Below, in pieces: positions 41,309-56,051 of a stretch of DNA of 64,000 nucleotides. A program made the translations under genes and the position numbers. The notes beneath the pieces are model-generated. The model was not told the origin of the DNA and made no database searches. It saw only the letters and a list, made by a program, of their open reading frames with translations. The first letter of the stretch is position 1. Every line of letters starts with the position of its first letter. The stretch lies in NCBI GenBank assembly GCA_951406725.2, contig OX597827.1:71052001-71116000 (forward strand), written 5' to 3'. The DNA is from Octopus vulgaris. Taxonomy: Eukaryota.

Positions 41309-42577
41309 AAAAGACAAAAAAACAAACAAACATAAAGGATGAATGAAAGAATGGAAGAAATAAAGAAGGAAAGATCGAATGAAAGCATAGCACACAAGAA
41401 AAAGAAAAGAAAAGAAAGAGAAAGATAAAGAAAACATCAATAAGAATAAAGTTTGAAAAGAAAAGAAAGGAAAAAGAACTGGGGGAAAAAAAGACAGAAA
41501 ACGAACGGAAGAACGACAGTAAGAAAGCCAGAAACAGAAATACATAGAGATGAGAAACAATTTTGCTTTGGCTTAAGTCTTAATGCTGGAGAAAGTATTA
41601 TTTGGACGAGGTCAACTTTGCCCCGAGGTCAACTTTGCTCCGAGGTCAACTTTGCCCCGAGGTCAACTTTGCCTTTCATCCTTTCGGGGTCGATAAATTA
41701 AGTACCAGTTACGCACTGGGGTCGATATAATCGACTTAATCCGTGTGTCTGTCCTTGTTTGTCCCCTCTATGTTTAGCCCCTTGTGGGTAGTAAAGAAAC
41801 AGATATATACTCTTTTACTCTTTTAGTTGTTTCAGTCATTTGACTGCGGCCATGCTGGAGCACCGCCTTTTCTAGTCGAGCAAATCGATCCCGGGACTTA
41901 TTCTTTGTAAGCCCAGTACTTATTCTATCGGTCTCTTTTGCCGAACCGCTAAGTGACGGGGACGTAAACACACCAGCATCGGTTGTCGAGCGATGCTAGG
42001 GGGACAAACACAGACACACAAACATATACACACACATACATACATATATATATATATACATATATACGACAGGCTTCTTTCAGTTTCCGTCTACCAAATC
42101 CACTCACAAGGCTTTGGTCGGCCCGAGGCTATAGCAGAAGACACTTTCCCAAGATGCCACGCAGTGGGACTGAACCCAGAACCATGTGGTTGGTAGGCAA
42201 GCTACTTACCACACAGCCACTCCTGCGCCTATATACTTTATATATAAGCAAGAGATGTGGTCAGAGACTGTGGTATGGTGAAATTGAATCAACTTTCACT
42301 GGGGAATCATTTTTTTAATGTTTAAAATCACACACACACACACACACACACAAATTAACTGTTTATATCACTTACGAGCAAAACGCCCCCCCCCCACCTG
42401 TCCAATGGACGGTGCTGAGTTGTCAAACATTTAAACCAAATTTTCTCAAAACAACTTGTCCGACCGTCCCATAGGCCTCCCCTTTGAGAAAGACTGATTT
42501 AACCTAAATTTGAGACACCAGCAAAAGAAGAAATAAAAATAGACTTTTTTTTTTCTATTCCAAGAAAAACGATTTTA

Positions 42578-43335
42578 CAAATTCACGTTTCCACGGCCTT
42601 GTCGATCACATTCTCACCTGGAATCGATTTTTGTAATTTTTTCAAGACTTATACACGCCCTGATACACGCCCTGATACAAATTCACGTTTCCACGGCCTT
42701 ATCGATCACATTCTCACCTGGAATCGATTTTTGTAATTTTTTCAAGACTTATACACGCCCTGATACACGCCCTGATACAAATTCACGTTTCCACGGCCTT
42801 ATCGATCACATTCTCACCTGGAATCGATTTTTGTAATTTTTTCAAGACTTATACACGCCCTGTGGAGGTGCAATGGCCCAGTGGTTAGGGCAGCGGACTC
42901 GCGGTCATAGGATCGCGGTTTCGATTCCCAGACCGGGCGTTGTGAGTGTTTATTGAGCGAAAACACCTAAAGGCTCCACGAGGCTCCGGCAGGGAATGGT
43001 GGTGATCCCTGCTGTATTCTTTCACCACAACTTTCTCTCACTCTTACTTCCTGTGTCTGTTGTACCTGTATTTCAAAGGGCCGGCCTTGTCACTCTCTGT
43101 GTCATGCTGAATATCCCCGAGAACTACGTTAAGGGTACACGTGTCTGTGGAGTGCTCAGCCACTTACACGTTAATTCCACGAGCAGGCTGTTCCGTTGAT
43201 TCGGATCAACCGGAACCCTCGTCGTCGTAACCGACGGAGTGCTTCCATACACGCCCTGATACAATCGGATGGAGGATGCCCGAGATCCCAGAAGACACAT
43301 ACACACACAGATGGATCAGATTTTATATAATAGAT
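42578..43335. repeat. Three ~100-bp tandem units (the third interrupted by a full SINE C, 42862-43248 +), inside a probable Helitron-type element (TC-start-like end about 43334, -)
   Basis: Unit caaattcacgtttccacggcctt..atacacgccctgatacacgccctgata starts at 42578, 42678 and 42778. Confidence 0.75.
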
Positions 43336-43828
43336 CGTTCATTGCGGTATCGAAATTTTCGTGGCACAACTGTGACCTACTTCAATGACTTACTTTCAAG
43401 CGGTCGTGGTGATGGTATGACAGAAATGTTGATACTTCAACATCCATCCATCCAGCCATCCATCCATTTTCGCTGTCCCTTATTCCTTGGAAGTAGAATA
43501 AGGGATAGAAACCCCCAGCACTTCCTCCGTAGGATCCAATGAGAAGCAACCGTCGTTACAGCTTTTGTCTGGATTCCCAAGCGTATCCAACACAGACTAT
43601 GGATTTTATTGAGCCATCTTGTTCTCAGTCAATTCCTGAGTCTCTTCTTGTTTAGCTCAGCTTGAAGAATCCGTCTTGCGATCTTTCCCTGAAACGTTCT
43701 AATCACATGTCCGTAGAACCGAGCTGTGATCTCCCAATGTAGCTCGCAATTTCAACAAGAAGTGAAAAGTAAATTTATCAGATTTTAGAAAGCTACGTGA
43801 TTCATCCACGGTAAAACTTTTACTGAAA

Positions 43829-44194
43829 ACCACCAGTATCGCCCGACATTCCTCGGGTTTGTTTCGACCCTTTAGAATTGGAATTTTTGAAAAGTAAAAA
43901 TTTTGCATTATGTAGCTTCTCATTCTCTTTAAGTGAACATTTTTCTGGTTGAAATACACCAAAATGGCGAAACAGCAGTCAAAAAATCGTAAAAAAATAG
44001 GGATTTTCATGGGAAAAAAAGGACCTTTTTGATGTAAATAATTTTTGGTGTTAACATGGTCCGATTTGAAGCCTTCTTCTATCATACTCTCGATTTTGGT
44101 CAACTTGCGCCGCAGGGTCTCGGAGGAGATGGTGTTAGTTGAAGGCTACCAAACCTGCCATACACAGACAACTTCAGCTTTATATATAGAGAGA
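43829..44194 (-). mobile_element. Non-autonomous Helitron, same family as 18539-18941
   Basis: Reverse-complement similarity throughout; 3' CTAG degenerate. Confidence 0.8.
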
Positions 44195-45500
44195 TAAACA
44201 AATTCAATGCTTCCTGTAGAATAATTTGTCTTTCAGCTCTACTTCGTGGATTGACTAGCAAAGGATTTTGCTGGACACGATATTAAACGATATCTGCTGC
44301 ATCGACCCCTCTACATTGCGGGATTGTTTTTGCTCGGGTGCCATACCTTTATCCTAATTTGATGTAGAGGAGAGGCAATCCTGGGACCAATAACATCGGT
44401 TGACCGATAACGATCGGCGCGAAAATAAATCTATCAAACGAATGGTACATAGTTTTCTTCCAATCGACTGCGTTGCAGACAGCAGCTTCCAGGCTCATGA
44501 CCAAAGCGGTCATAAAAGTTAGCACTGGAGGATGTATCACAAGTAGTGCCTTAGACGAGCAACTTGTCCCTATTGAGCGGAGTAAAAATTTTTCCGGCCT
44601 CGATGCCTGTTGTTGCTGCGGTCGAGGCTAAAGGAGCCCAGTTGTAACAGGAAAGCAGCAGCACAGAGACCCTTTTTAAAACCTCGTGCACTGAGGTGTG
44701 ATAAACACCCTGCACTGTGACAAAAGAGAGAGTGTAGTTCTAACTTTTCAAAACTAACTCGATGGCAACATTTATGGAGCTCATTTTATATATATTTGAA
44801 GATTTTATTTATTTATTTATTTATGCGCCCTTTTCAAGCCTAGCCAGGCTCATGGGCCCGGTTTCCCGGTTTCTGTGGCGTATGTGTTCCCCCCAGCTGG
44901 ACGGGACGCCAGTCCATCGCAGCGTTAATCAAGAAACAGGAAGAGAGAGTGAGAGGAAGTTGAGGCGAAAGAGTACAACAGGGGTCGTCACCACCACCCC
45001 TTGCCGGGGCCTTGTGGTGCTTTTAGATGTTTTCGCACAATAAACACACACAACACCCGGTCTGTTAATCGAAACCGCGATCCTCCGATCGCGAATCTAC
45101 TGCCCTAACCACTGGGCCATTGCGCCTCTACATATCTGAAGATATGACAACTCGGTTTAATCATATAACTAATAATTATTCTTTGTTACTGAAACGTACG
45201 TGAAAATGATGTAAGTAAATATTTTATTTAGCATCTCTCCTGTTTTGTATCGTTTTCTCTATGTACCATGCGATATTCCAACCAAATCATACGCGGATAT
45301 GATACAAGTCCTCTGCAAGGCCTACCTGCAAGGGGGATGGCGATCCCTGCTGTATTCTTTCGCCACAACTTTCTCTCACTCTTTCTTCTGTTGGCCTGCT
45401 CGCTTAACCAGCCGAGTGGCGTCATTTGAAGGATAAAAACAATGCGAAGCGCATTGTGACCAGCGATGTGTAGCAACATCTGATACCCTGGTCGGTCACT

Positions 45501-45573
<73 letters not shown>

Positions 45574-45782
45574 GGAAAGTTTACGAAAATAAACAAAAGA
45601 CGAAGGCAGGTGGAGTACAAACAAACAAATGTATTAGTATAGCGTTCAGGAATAGAAAAAGTATTTTACGTTTCGAGCCTACGCTCTTCGACAGAAAGAT
45701 ACACAGAAAAAAAAACAAGGAGAGAAAAAAATGAGTGTAGGAGCTAACGATCTATCATGGCGTATATACATATATATATAGA

Positions 45783-45848
<66 letters not shown>

Positions 45849-47150
45849 GGTAATTAGGGGCTCATTTAGCAATGGATCGTTGCAGAAATCCAGTGGAAAA
45901 GCTTAGTTGTATATATAACCGGCTAAAATGATCCTTACGAGTAACATATATTTAGAATAAGATTCAGTAAAGCATAACATTAACAAATAGGTCGAATTTA
46001 ATTACTTTCAACGGCTGTTTCATTAGAAATAAACGTAATTAATTCTGACGTGGTTGCGTGGTAAGAAGCTTGGTTCCCGGTTCAGCTCAATTGCGTAGCA
46101 CCTTGGGCAAGTGTCTTCTAATATAGCCCCAGGCTAACTAAAGGCTTGTGAATGGATTTGATAGACGGAAACTGAAAGAAGCCCATCGTGTATATACGCC
46201 AACGCACGAAACTTTCGGACCTTGAGTCAATCTGTTGCTTCTGCTAAATTCTAATCTCTCTCTCTCTCTCTCTCTCACTCTCGCTCTATCTCTCCCCCTC
46301 TCTCTCTCTCTCTACATACATACATACATACATACAGACAGACAGACAGACAGACATATACATATATATAGGCGCAGGCGCGGCTGTGTGGCAAGAAGCT
46401 TGTTTCCCAACCACACGGTTCCGGTTTCATTCCCACTGCGTAGCACCTTGGGCAAGTGTCTTCTGCTATAGCCTCGGGCTGACCAAAGCCTTGTGAGTTG
46501 ATTTGGTAGACGGAAACTAAAAGAAGCCCGTCGTATATATATATGTGTGTGTATATATTTGTGTGTCTGAGTTTGTTCCCCACCATCGCTTGACAACCGA
46601 TGCTGGTGTGTTTACGTCCCCGTAACCTAACAGTTCGGCAAAAGAGACCGAGAGGATAAGTACTAGGATCACAATGAATAAGTCCTGGGATCGATTTGCT
46701 CGACTAAAGGCGGTGCTCCAGCATGGCCGAATACTGAAACAAGTAAAAGAATAAAAGAAAGAATATGTATGTTTGTATGTATGTATGTATTTATGTATGT
46801 ATATGTATATGTGTTTGTACCTTTGTGGCTGTGCTTGTCCCCACATCACCGGTGTTGGTGTGCTTACGTTCCCGTAAATTAGCGGTTCGGCAAAAGAGAC
46901 CGATAGAATAAGGACTAGATTTTCAAAATCTAAGTACTGGGGTCGATTTGTTCGACTAAGACCCTTCAAGGTGGTGCTCCAGCATGGCCGCAGTCAAATG
47001 ACTGAAACAAGTAAAAGAATAACGGAATTTAAGGCAAAGAATTAATAAGGTTTCAAGTGTGGCATTGTTCCGTTATCTGCATTCCAAAGATGGAGCATTG
47101 TATTTTTGTTAGAAACCAGCTCCTTCCAAATAGAAAGAATTTAAATAGCT

Positions 47151-47219
<69 letters not shown>

Positions 47220-48581
47220 TACATGCATACATATGTGCATAAGTTCAGGTTTATACCTGCAAATATTTGGGCCCTGGGATATGTAACATACTGCCTAAAT
47301 ACCAGTCTTGAGAAATTAGGCTTCTGAAAACCTGAAAGGAGAAAGCTAATACGAAGACTACAGATCCAATCCATCACTGGAACTGTAAAAAATCTGTAAA
47401 ACTTTCCTTGAGTTTATCATTTAAGCATATATGAACATGTCTAGATATGTAGCTATATGCATAATCTTTACTCATTTACTCTTTTACTTGTTTCAGTCAT
47501 TTGACTGCGGCAATACTGGAGCACCGCCTTTAGTCGAGCTAATCGACCCCAGGACTTATTGTTTGGAAGCCTAGTACCTATTCTATCGGTCTCTTTTGCC
47601 AAACCGCTAAGTGACGGGGACGTAAACACACCAGCATCGGTTGTCAAGCGATGTTGGGGAGGACAAACACAGACACACAAACATATACACATACATATAT
47701 ATACATATATACGACGGGCTTCTTTCAGTTTCCGCCTACCAAATCCACTCACAAGGCTTTGGTCAGCCCGAGGCTATAGTAGAAGACACTTGCCCAAGGT
47801 GCCACGCAGTGGGAATGAGCCCGGAACCATGTGGTTGGCAAGCAAGCTACTGAGAATACATACATACATAAAAGAAAACATACAAATCTGCACACATGCA
47901 TACATACATACATACATACATACATACATACATACATACATACATACATACATCATACATACATACATACATACTCTGTTGATGTTGTAATTCGAATGAA
48001 GGAGCTTTGGATCCAGATTAGACACCGGCTCTTTCTCTATTGCCAAGAAATCTTGAAATAAAACTCAATCGTGACACGCATACGTACATATACATGAAAA
48101 TGAAAAAAATATGCAAAACCCATTAACATAACAATGAAGACGTGGGGAAATGGAATTGTAAAGTTGAATCTAATGTATACATCATGGACACACAGGGGGG
48201 AAAAAAACAAGCGTCGAATATAGTACAAGTGTCAGAATACAAAGGGAGACGTGAAGAAGGCAGTTTGAAGCGCAAATGAAAAGTATAGACTCACACACAC
48301 ACACACATTATTATTGTTTGCAAGCAGCGTGCAGATACAAGAGCTATCAACTGAAAGCTCTGCATACCGTGCACTAGCATGCTTAAGGGGTCATCAGGAG
48401 AGAATGTGTGACGTTTCGGGAGCTCCCGCTCGACGGCATTATTTCACACTGGGCCCTCTTAACTGAAATGAGGCCACGCTTTCTAGATCCAGTGGTTAGT
48501 AGGCTTCATTCAATATTTTTCTAGTCTTTGTTCATCCTCCCTTTTTAAACAAATACATGTAGGTACATCAATGCAAAAATA

Positions 48582-49147
48582 TTGGGTTGTCCAGAAAGTT
48601 CGTGCCGATTCTTAAAGGAAAGAAAAAGGTCAATAAATACTTGCTATTACATTTTTAATCAACCAAATATGAACCATTTTGTTACACAATGCGTCTCCAT
48701 CTTTCCTTTAACTTGAAAATACCCTCTTCCCAGAATTGAGGTGGTTTCATGGCAAAGAATTCATCAAGGTATCGTTTTACGTTATCCAAGGAATTGAAAT
48801 TTTTACCATTAAGACTATTCTGCAGAGACCTGAATAAGTGGAAATCCGAAGAAGCAATATCTGGTGAATATGGAGGTTGGGGTCACATATCCCAGCCAAG
48901 CTGCAGCAATTTTTGTCTGGTTCCCAAAGCGTCAAGTGCTGAAAATGAACTTTCTTATCTTCCATTTTAAAGGGTTACAGAATAAACACAGTTTATAGGA
49001 ATATAAACCTTCTTCCACGAAAAGATAGCTTAAAATGTGCTCTAAATGGAGGTGTAGTCAAATCCTATTTTATGGACTCAACCATGTTCTAAAATAAGTT
49101 GAAAGGTAAGCTACTATAAATCGGCACGAACTTTCCGGACAACCCAA
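48582..49147 (-). mobile_element. Internally deleted mariner (MITE-like)
   Basis: TA-ttgggttgtccagaaagttcgtgccgatt / aatcggcacgaactttccggacaacccaa-TA; retains PPYSPDIASSDFHLFRSLQNSL..FWEEGIFKL. Confidence 0.88.
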
Positions 49148-49460
49148 TATATACAAACACTTAAATGCACAACATACGTACATACATTGCCGTTTTAAGG
49201 CATGGACACACTAGACAGTTTTCCGGGGAAGGGGTCTCGTGTATCTAGGGGACCAGTATTCTGTGACTTGCTGTCAATAAATGCTGTATTTTCCGACAGA
49301 CAACTCGAATTTTTCAGACCAAAATTCACAGCCAAGAAAAGGTAGGTCGACTTATACACGAAGATGACTGTGGAGGACCAAAATTTTCATGAGAAATGCA
49401 GCAGGATTTGCAAAGATTGTTATGATGTTCGAATGTTCCCATGATATACTACGTCGTCTT

Positions 49461-50723
49461 CGGGGCCAGGATTAACCAATAACCAAATAAGAACATGATT
49501 AGGGCATCAAGGGAAGGAGGGGGGCACCACAGAAATGGTAAATGGTTTACGGAACAGGCGGCGAGCTGGCAGAAACGTTAGCGCGCCGGGCGAAATGCTT
49601 AGCGGTATTTCGTCTGTCGTTACGTTCTGAGTTCAAATTCCGCCGAGGTCGACTTTGCCTTTCATCCTTTCGGGGTCGATAAATAAAGTACCAGTTACGC
49701 ACTGGGGACGATTTAATCGACTTAATACCTATGTCTGTCCTTGCTTGCCCCCTCTGTGTTTAGCCCCTTGTGGGTAATAAAGAAATAGGTATTTCGTCTG
49801 TCGTTACGTTCTGAGTTCAAATTCCGCCGAGGTCGACTTTGCCTTTCATCCTTTCGGGGTCGATAAATAAAGTACCAGTTACGCACTGGGGACGATTTAA
49901 TCGACTTAATACCTATGTCTGTCCTTGTTTGCCCCCCTCTATGTTTAGCCCCTTGTGGGTAATAAAGAAATAGGTTTACGGAACAGGAGAAATCACTTTA
50001 AACTTGCTAAAATGGTATTCAAGATGCTTCATCCCTACCAAGCATAGAAGCAGATGTGTTATGTAAGATTAATGTGGAGGATCTGATCAAAGACTTTGCA
50101 ATTAATCCCAGTAGGGGAAACTCTTTCAAATACAAATAAACTCTTTTACTTGTTTCAGTCATTTGACTGCGGCCATGCTGGAGCACCGCCTTTAGTCGAG
50201 CAATTCGACCCCGGGACTTATTCTTTTTGTAAGCCCAGTACTTATTCTATCGGTCTCTTTTTGCCGAACCGCTAAGTGACGGGGACGTAAACACACCAGC
50301 ATCGGTTGTCAAGCAATGCTAGGGGGACAAACACACACACAAACATATATACACACACTTATATATATATATATACATGTATACGACAGGCTTCTTTCAG
50401 TTTCCGTCTACCAAATCCACTCACAAGGCATTGGTCGGCCCGGGCCTATAGCAGAAGACATTTGCCCAAGATGCCACGCAGTGGGACTGAACCCGGAACC
50501 ATGTGGTTGGTTAGCAAGCTACTTACCACACAGCCACTCCTGCGCCTATGGTGGAAGTATTAAAAAAAATAAACACCGTTTTCCATCTTACTGTTTTGTT
50601 TCGTTTTGAAAAATAAAAATATATTTTACGGCTTAACATTGTTTATATTTTGAATTCCATATATAAAGGGGCACCAAATGTTTTTAAGTGCTTGGGGCTC
50701 CTATGGATCTTAATCCGACCCTA
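49461..50723 (+). mobile_element. hAT deletion derivative carrying a SINE B dimer (49556-49972) and a SINE A copy
   Basis: TIR-like cggggccaggattaa / ttaatccgacccta; SIEADVLCKINVEDLIKDFA resembles the hAT dimerisation domain; the SINE B dimer has TSD ggtttacggaac. Confidence 0.6.
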
Positions 50724-50875
50724 ATCGACTTGTTTGCCGAGAAATACGACAAATACGGGACATTGATTTGCCCGAAGGCCTATAATGTTACTTAGATGGC
50801 CCAGTATATACATACATTATACATACATACATTATACATACATACATTATACATACATACATTATACATACATAC

Positions 50876-50961
<86 letters not shown>

Positions 50962-51015
50962 CATACATACATACAAACATACATACATACATACATACAT
51001 ACATACATACATACA

Positions 51016-51046
<31 letters not shown>

Positions 51047-51435
51047 GTGTATATGTATGTACTGGATCATATAACATCCTACTACTATCGTGGCACGCCC
51101 GCATTCTTCTCCTCTTTCTTTTTCTTCTTCTTCTTCTTCTCCTTCATCTTCTTCTTCCCTGCCAAGAATTCACAACGACCTCGAACCCACAAGAGTAAAC
51201 AAGAGTAAACAAGAGAAACGTGAGACAGGCAGAAACAAGGAAAATGCCACTTGCATTTGAACACTATGCAAATGTTCTTTTTAAAAACTTCTCTTTTAAT
51301 TTTTCCAAAATTTAATTGTTCTTCCATACGTACAGTTGAAAAAGTCTCAATAACTGAAACCGGTACTGAAATGTTTTTTATTAAATTATTTTAGCATTTT
51401 CTATCTTCACTTTTTTTCCATGTATGTGTGTGTGC

Positions 51436-51467
<32 letters not shown>

Positions 51468-53249
51468 TTGCACATATGCATGCATACATACATAAATACA
51501 TACATACACACGTACATACATAAATACATACATACACACGTACATACATTTCAGAAAGAGAAATCGACCGGCTAATACATACATGCATTACAAGTGCAAT
51601 CTGTGAGTGGAACAGTAAAAATATGCGAGACTTTTCTCAAGTCCCAAATGTGAATTTGTAATTCGAAAAGAAGAACAAGTCAACATCATCGGTAACCACT
51701 GAGCCGCAGGTTTTATGTCGGAGTTATCCCAGTTACCCGAGTTGCCTTCTCCTAGAAGGATGCCCTAACAAAGGCTAGGAGTCCTTCACTCCCAATGGTT
51801 TAACCGCGCGATCGGGTATTCAGTCCGATTATTTCTATGTCCCCGCGCATGATCCAGCATTAAGACATTTATTGGATGGTCGTTGACTCTCAAGAGTTCC
51901 TCCGCCCTTTGACGGGTTTTGTTTTTCATCCCGCAGGGTGTCCAATAAACACCCTCCTCAGCAAGCAGGCTTGGTGGTGTTGCCGGTCTAGTCGCCGACG
52001 ACCCGACATGCAACAGGTTGTACTGGGTACATACATACATACATACATACATACAAACATACATAAATACATACATACATACATACATACATAAATACAT
52101 ACATACATACATAAATACATACATACATACATAAATACATACATACATACATAAATACATACATAAATACATACATACATACATACATAAATACATACAT
52201 ACATACATACATACATACATACATACATACATACATACATACATACATACATACATACATACATACATACATACATACATACATGATGGTAGAAACTCGA
52301 TTTCGAGCAATAATCTTGAAGTTCTTTTTTAAAGTAGGGAAAGGCCCTGCTACGGGGCTAATTACTCTCTCTAAACAACATGGGCATTTGCCCCCAAAAG
52401 AACTGGTCTAAACGAAGCAGCGGGTATTACATCTGAGTTTCCCTTCTGCTGGAGCAGTGGTTCTGAACCGGGGTTCATGTGACCCCTGAACGTCCGTACA
52501 AGATTTGGAGTGGGTGGGTGGAACGAAAGTAAAAGAGTAAATAGGGGGTCCACAATAGTATTTTAAGGGTTCATGAAAAAAATTTGATTTAGGTATATTT
52601 ATTGCAAGAAACAGTAATATTCCCTTCATGCTTCCAGTCGTTGAAACATGTTCTCTAGGTGAATGTTATGACAAAAAGTGGCCGTGTGGTAAGAAGCTTG
52701 GGCAAGTGTTTTCAACTAAAACCTAGGGCCGACCAAAGCCTTATAGTTGGATTTGGTAGATGGAAACTGGTTGACGTTTCAATTGCCCCGATTAGTAACA
52801 GTTAACTGTTGAATAACATATTTAGAATACCTGAGGAGAGCAAAGTGGTAATCGACAATAACAATGTCTGCGTGGAAGGTGTTTATAAGCCATTTAAGAA
52901 ACACACAAAAACCAGTAGATCCACTTCAACATTTAAATTTAATTTGCCAAAATATTTTCGTCGCTTCGAGACTGCGACCTGATATATATATATATAGGCT
53001 TGAAACGCAAAAGATTTTCTCACTTCTCGAGCGTTAAACTAATAAATCTGTTTGTTGTTTACACACCCGTCTTCGTCTTTTGCTTTTTTGTAATTTCTTA
53101 CTATATGTATATATATTCTAAATTATAACGTATATAAATAATCTTCTTATCTATCTATCTAATATCGAAGCCTCATTCTTTTGTCGTTACGCAGAGGCGG
53201 TACCATAGCCAATGAGGGTTATCCGAGGCGTGGTTATTGCTAGTTGAAA

Positions 53250-53281
<32 letters not shown>

Positions 53282-53861
53282 CATTATTATTATTATTGAG
53301 TGAGAGAGCAGTGCATGCCATCAGAGTGACACTGGGGTAAAATATACGAAACCCAGTATACCCATCATGACTACCCGTCTGATAAGGGTACACTGGGCAC
53401 ATGCATCACAACCATATGTGTGCGACATGGTGATCTCATATCAAGATAAACAGCACATGACCTTGCAGGTGGGGCCCAGTTAGAATTTTCTTCTGGTCGA
53501 GTAGCCCATCCCGCTCAAAAGGTCCCTGAATAAGGGTTGTTTAAGGATGTTGAAAGAACCACCCATGTTTCCAAAGGTGAATTATCCAAACTTCTAAAAA
53601 TTCTTTCAACACATGGCTATGATGCTCCCCCACTACTTCTGCTTGTGATCAGAGATGCACATATCATCAGCCACTAAGGGACATGCTCAACTGGTTAAGG
53701 TCAAACAACTGACAAGCAAATCTGTGGTATTGAGCAGAATATTTGCTGTAGGCCATCTTTTATACCAAGACAAAACAATGTACATGATAACACTTCCAAT
53801 CAGTTAAGATCAGAAGCCATGAGAGCCAGTGCCTGGTACTGCGTCAGATAGATAGACAGAC

Positions 53862-53954
<93 letters not shown>

Positions 53955-53990
53955 TATGGATGGATGGATGGATGGATGGATGGATGGATG

Positions 53991-54067
<77 letters not shown>

Positions 54068-54540
54068 GGCAAATGAAAGTTTCCACTTGAATGAAAATAT
54101 TCCAATGTTATACAAAAGAAACGGGTGAGTACATCAAAATAGGGACGTTTTTATGAAAAGACATTTATATTTTCGCTCAACATTATCTGGCCAGTCATTT
54201 GCAATACGTTGCCATAGATACCAAACGCTTTTGAAACAACGTTATCTCATACAATTTTTCAAAATCTATTTGAAAATTTATATATTATATGCATGTTACT
54301 GTGTGTGTGAGTGTATCCATATGTATATATGTGTCTATGTATCTATTTTCTATATATATTCTATTCTTTTACTTGTTTCAGTCATTCGACTGCGGCCATG
54401 CCTGAGCACCGCCTTTAGACAACAAATCGACCCCAGGACGTATATGGGGGGAGGGGCGTGCACGCGCGCGCGTGTTTGTAATAAAATAACAGTAACATGG
54501 CGGTTCGGCAAAAACGCAATACTGTAAGTACTGGTATCCA

Positions 54541-55040
54541 GCGGAGTAAAGAATACGTATACCACTCGTTTTCGGCGTAACAAAAACCCTAACCCTAATC
54601 CTAACCCTAAACCCTAACCCAAACCCTAACCCTGAACCCTAACGCAAAACTCAAACTCTAATCCTAAACCCAAACCCTAACCCTAAACCCTAACCCTATC
54701 CCTAAACCATAACCCTAAACCATAACCTTAACTCTAACCCTGAACCCTAACTCTAATGCTAAACCCTAACCCTAACCCTAAACCATAACCTTAACTCTAA
54801 ACCCTAACCCTAAGCTCTAACCCTGAACCCTAACCCTAATCCTAAACTCTAACCCAAACCCTAACCCTAAACCCTAACCCTAATCCTAAACCCTAACACT
54901 AAACCCTAACCCTAACACTAAACCCTAACCCAAACCCTAACACTAAACCCTAACACTAAACCCTAACCCTAAACCCGAACCCAAACCCTAACCCTAAACC
55001 CTAACCTTAAACACCCGGTGTACGTATTCTTTACTTTCGC
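54541..55040. mobile_element. TIR-bounded element filled with degenerate (CCCTAA/CCCTAAA)n; shorter inverted copy 57811-57974
   Basis: gcggagtaaagaatacgtatacc / ggtgtacgtattctttactttcgc; tggtatcc on both flanks. Confidence 0.75.
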
Positions 55041-55448
55041 CTTGGTATCCTAAAAAAATAAGTACTTGTGTCGATTTGTTCGACTAAACCCTTGCCGAAG
55101 AAATCTGTTTCTATAGTAACCAAAGATGCTGCTGCGCATGCGTACAAGGAGTGTAACCATCACATGTTCCATAATTGTTTGTTTCCATAGCAGACGGGAC
55201 TTAGTCTCCGGAAATTGAAAGTACCTGGGCATCTTTAATGCGTGGAAACAAACGCCGTTGTGGGACATTCCGTTCCATGGTTGACTCTTATCTTTGTGGA
55301 TTTATGTGGAGGAAAGATAAGAAAGATAATATATTTTATAAAATGCTAGTAAAAGAATGAATGTTTTACTTTAGTTCACTTGGTGCGGACAACTGACATT
55401 GTGCTACATCCCCCGCCGAAGTTGCTATATTAAGCAATAATAATAATA

Positions 55449-55508
<60 letters not shown>

Positions 55509-55531
55509 ATAATGATAATGATAATGATAAT

Positions 55532-56051
55532 GGTTTCAAATTTTTCCACAAGAGCAGCAATTTGGTGAGAAGGGGACTAGTCGATTACATTGACCCCCCA
55601 GTGATTAACTGGTACTTATTTAATCGACCCCGAAAGGATGAAAGGCAAAGTCGACCTCGGCGGAATTTGAACTCAGAACGTAGCGGCAGACGAAATACCT
55701 ATTTCTTTACTACCCACAAGGGGCTAAACACAGAGGGGACGAACAAGGACCAGACAAACGGATTAAGACGTTTATATCGACCCCAGTGCGTAACTGGTAC
55801 TTATTTAATCGACCCCGAAAGGGTGAAAGGCAAAGTCGACCTCGGCGGAATTTGAACTCAGAACGTAGCGGCAGACGAAATACCTATTTCTTTACTACCC
55901 ACAAGGGGCTAAACACAGAGGGGACGAACAAGGACCAGACAAACGGATTAAGACGTTTATATCGACCCCAGTGCGTAACTGGTACTTATTTAATCGACCC
56001 CGAAAGGATGAAAGGCAAAGTCGACCTCGGCGGATTTGAACTCAGAACGTA
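55532..56051 (-). mobile_element. SINE family B tandem array; other arrays 57391-57712 (+) and 62703-63240 (-)
   Basis: Repeated units; the 55532 and 57391 arrays show the aaagaaata|ggtatttcgtctg junction. Confidence 0.85.

Noticed and set aside
42862-42935. tRNA gene
   Set aside because: It is the tRNA-derived head of SINE C, continuing into the SINE body and repeated at about 6906, 16220, 29322 and 45128
54586-55010. True telomere or chromosome-fusion scar
   Set aside because: Degenerate, internal, bounded by TIR-like ends and repeated at 57811
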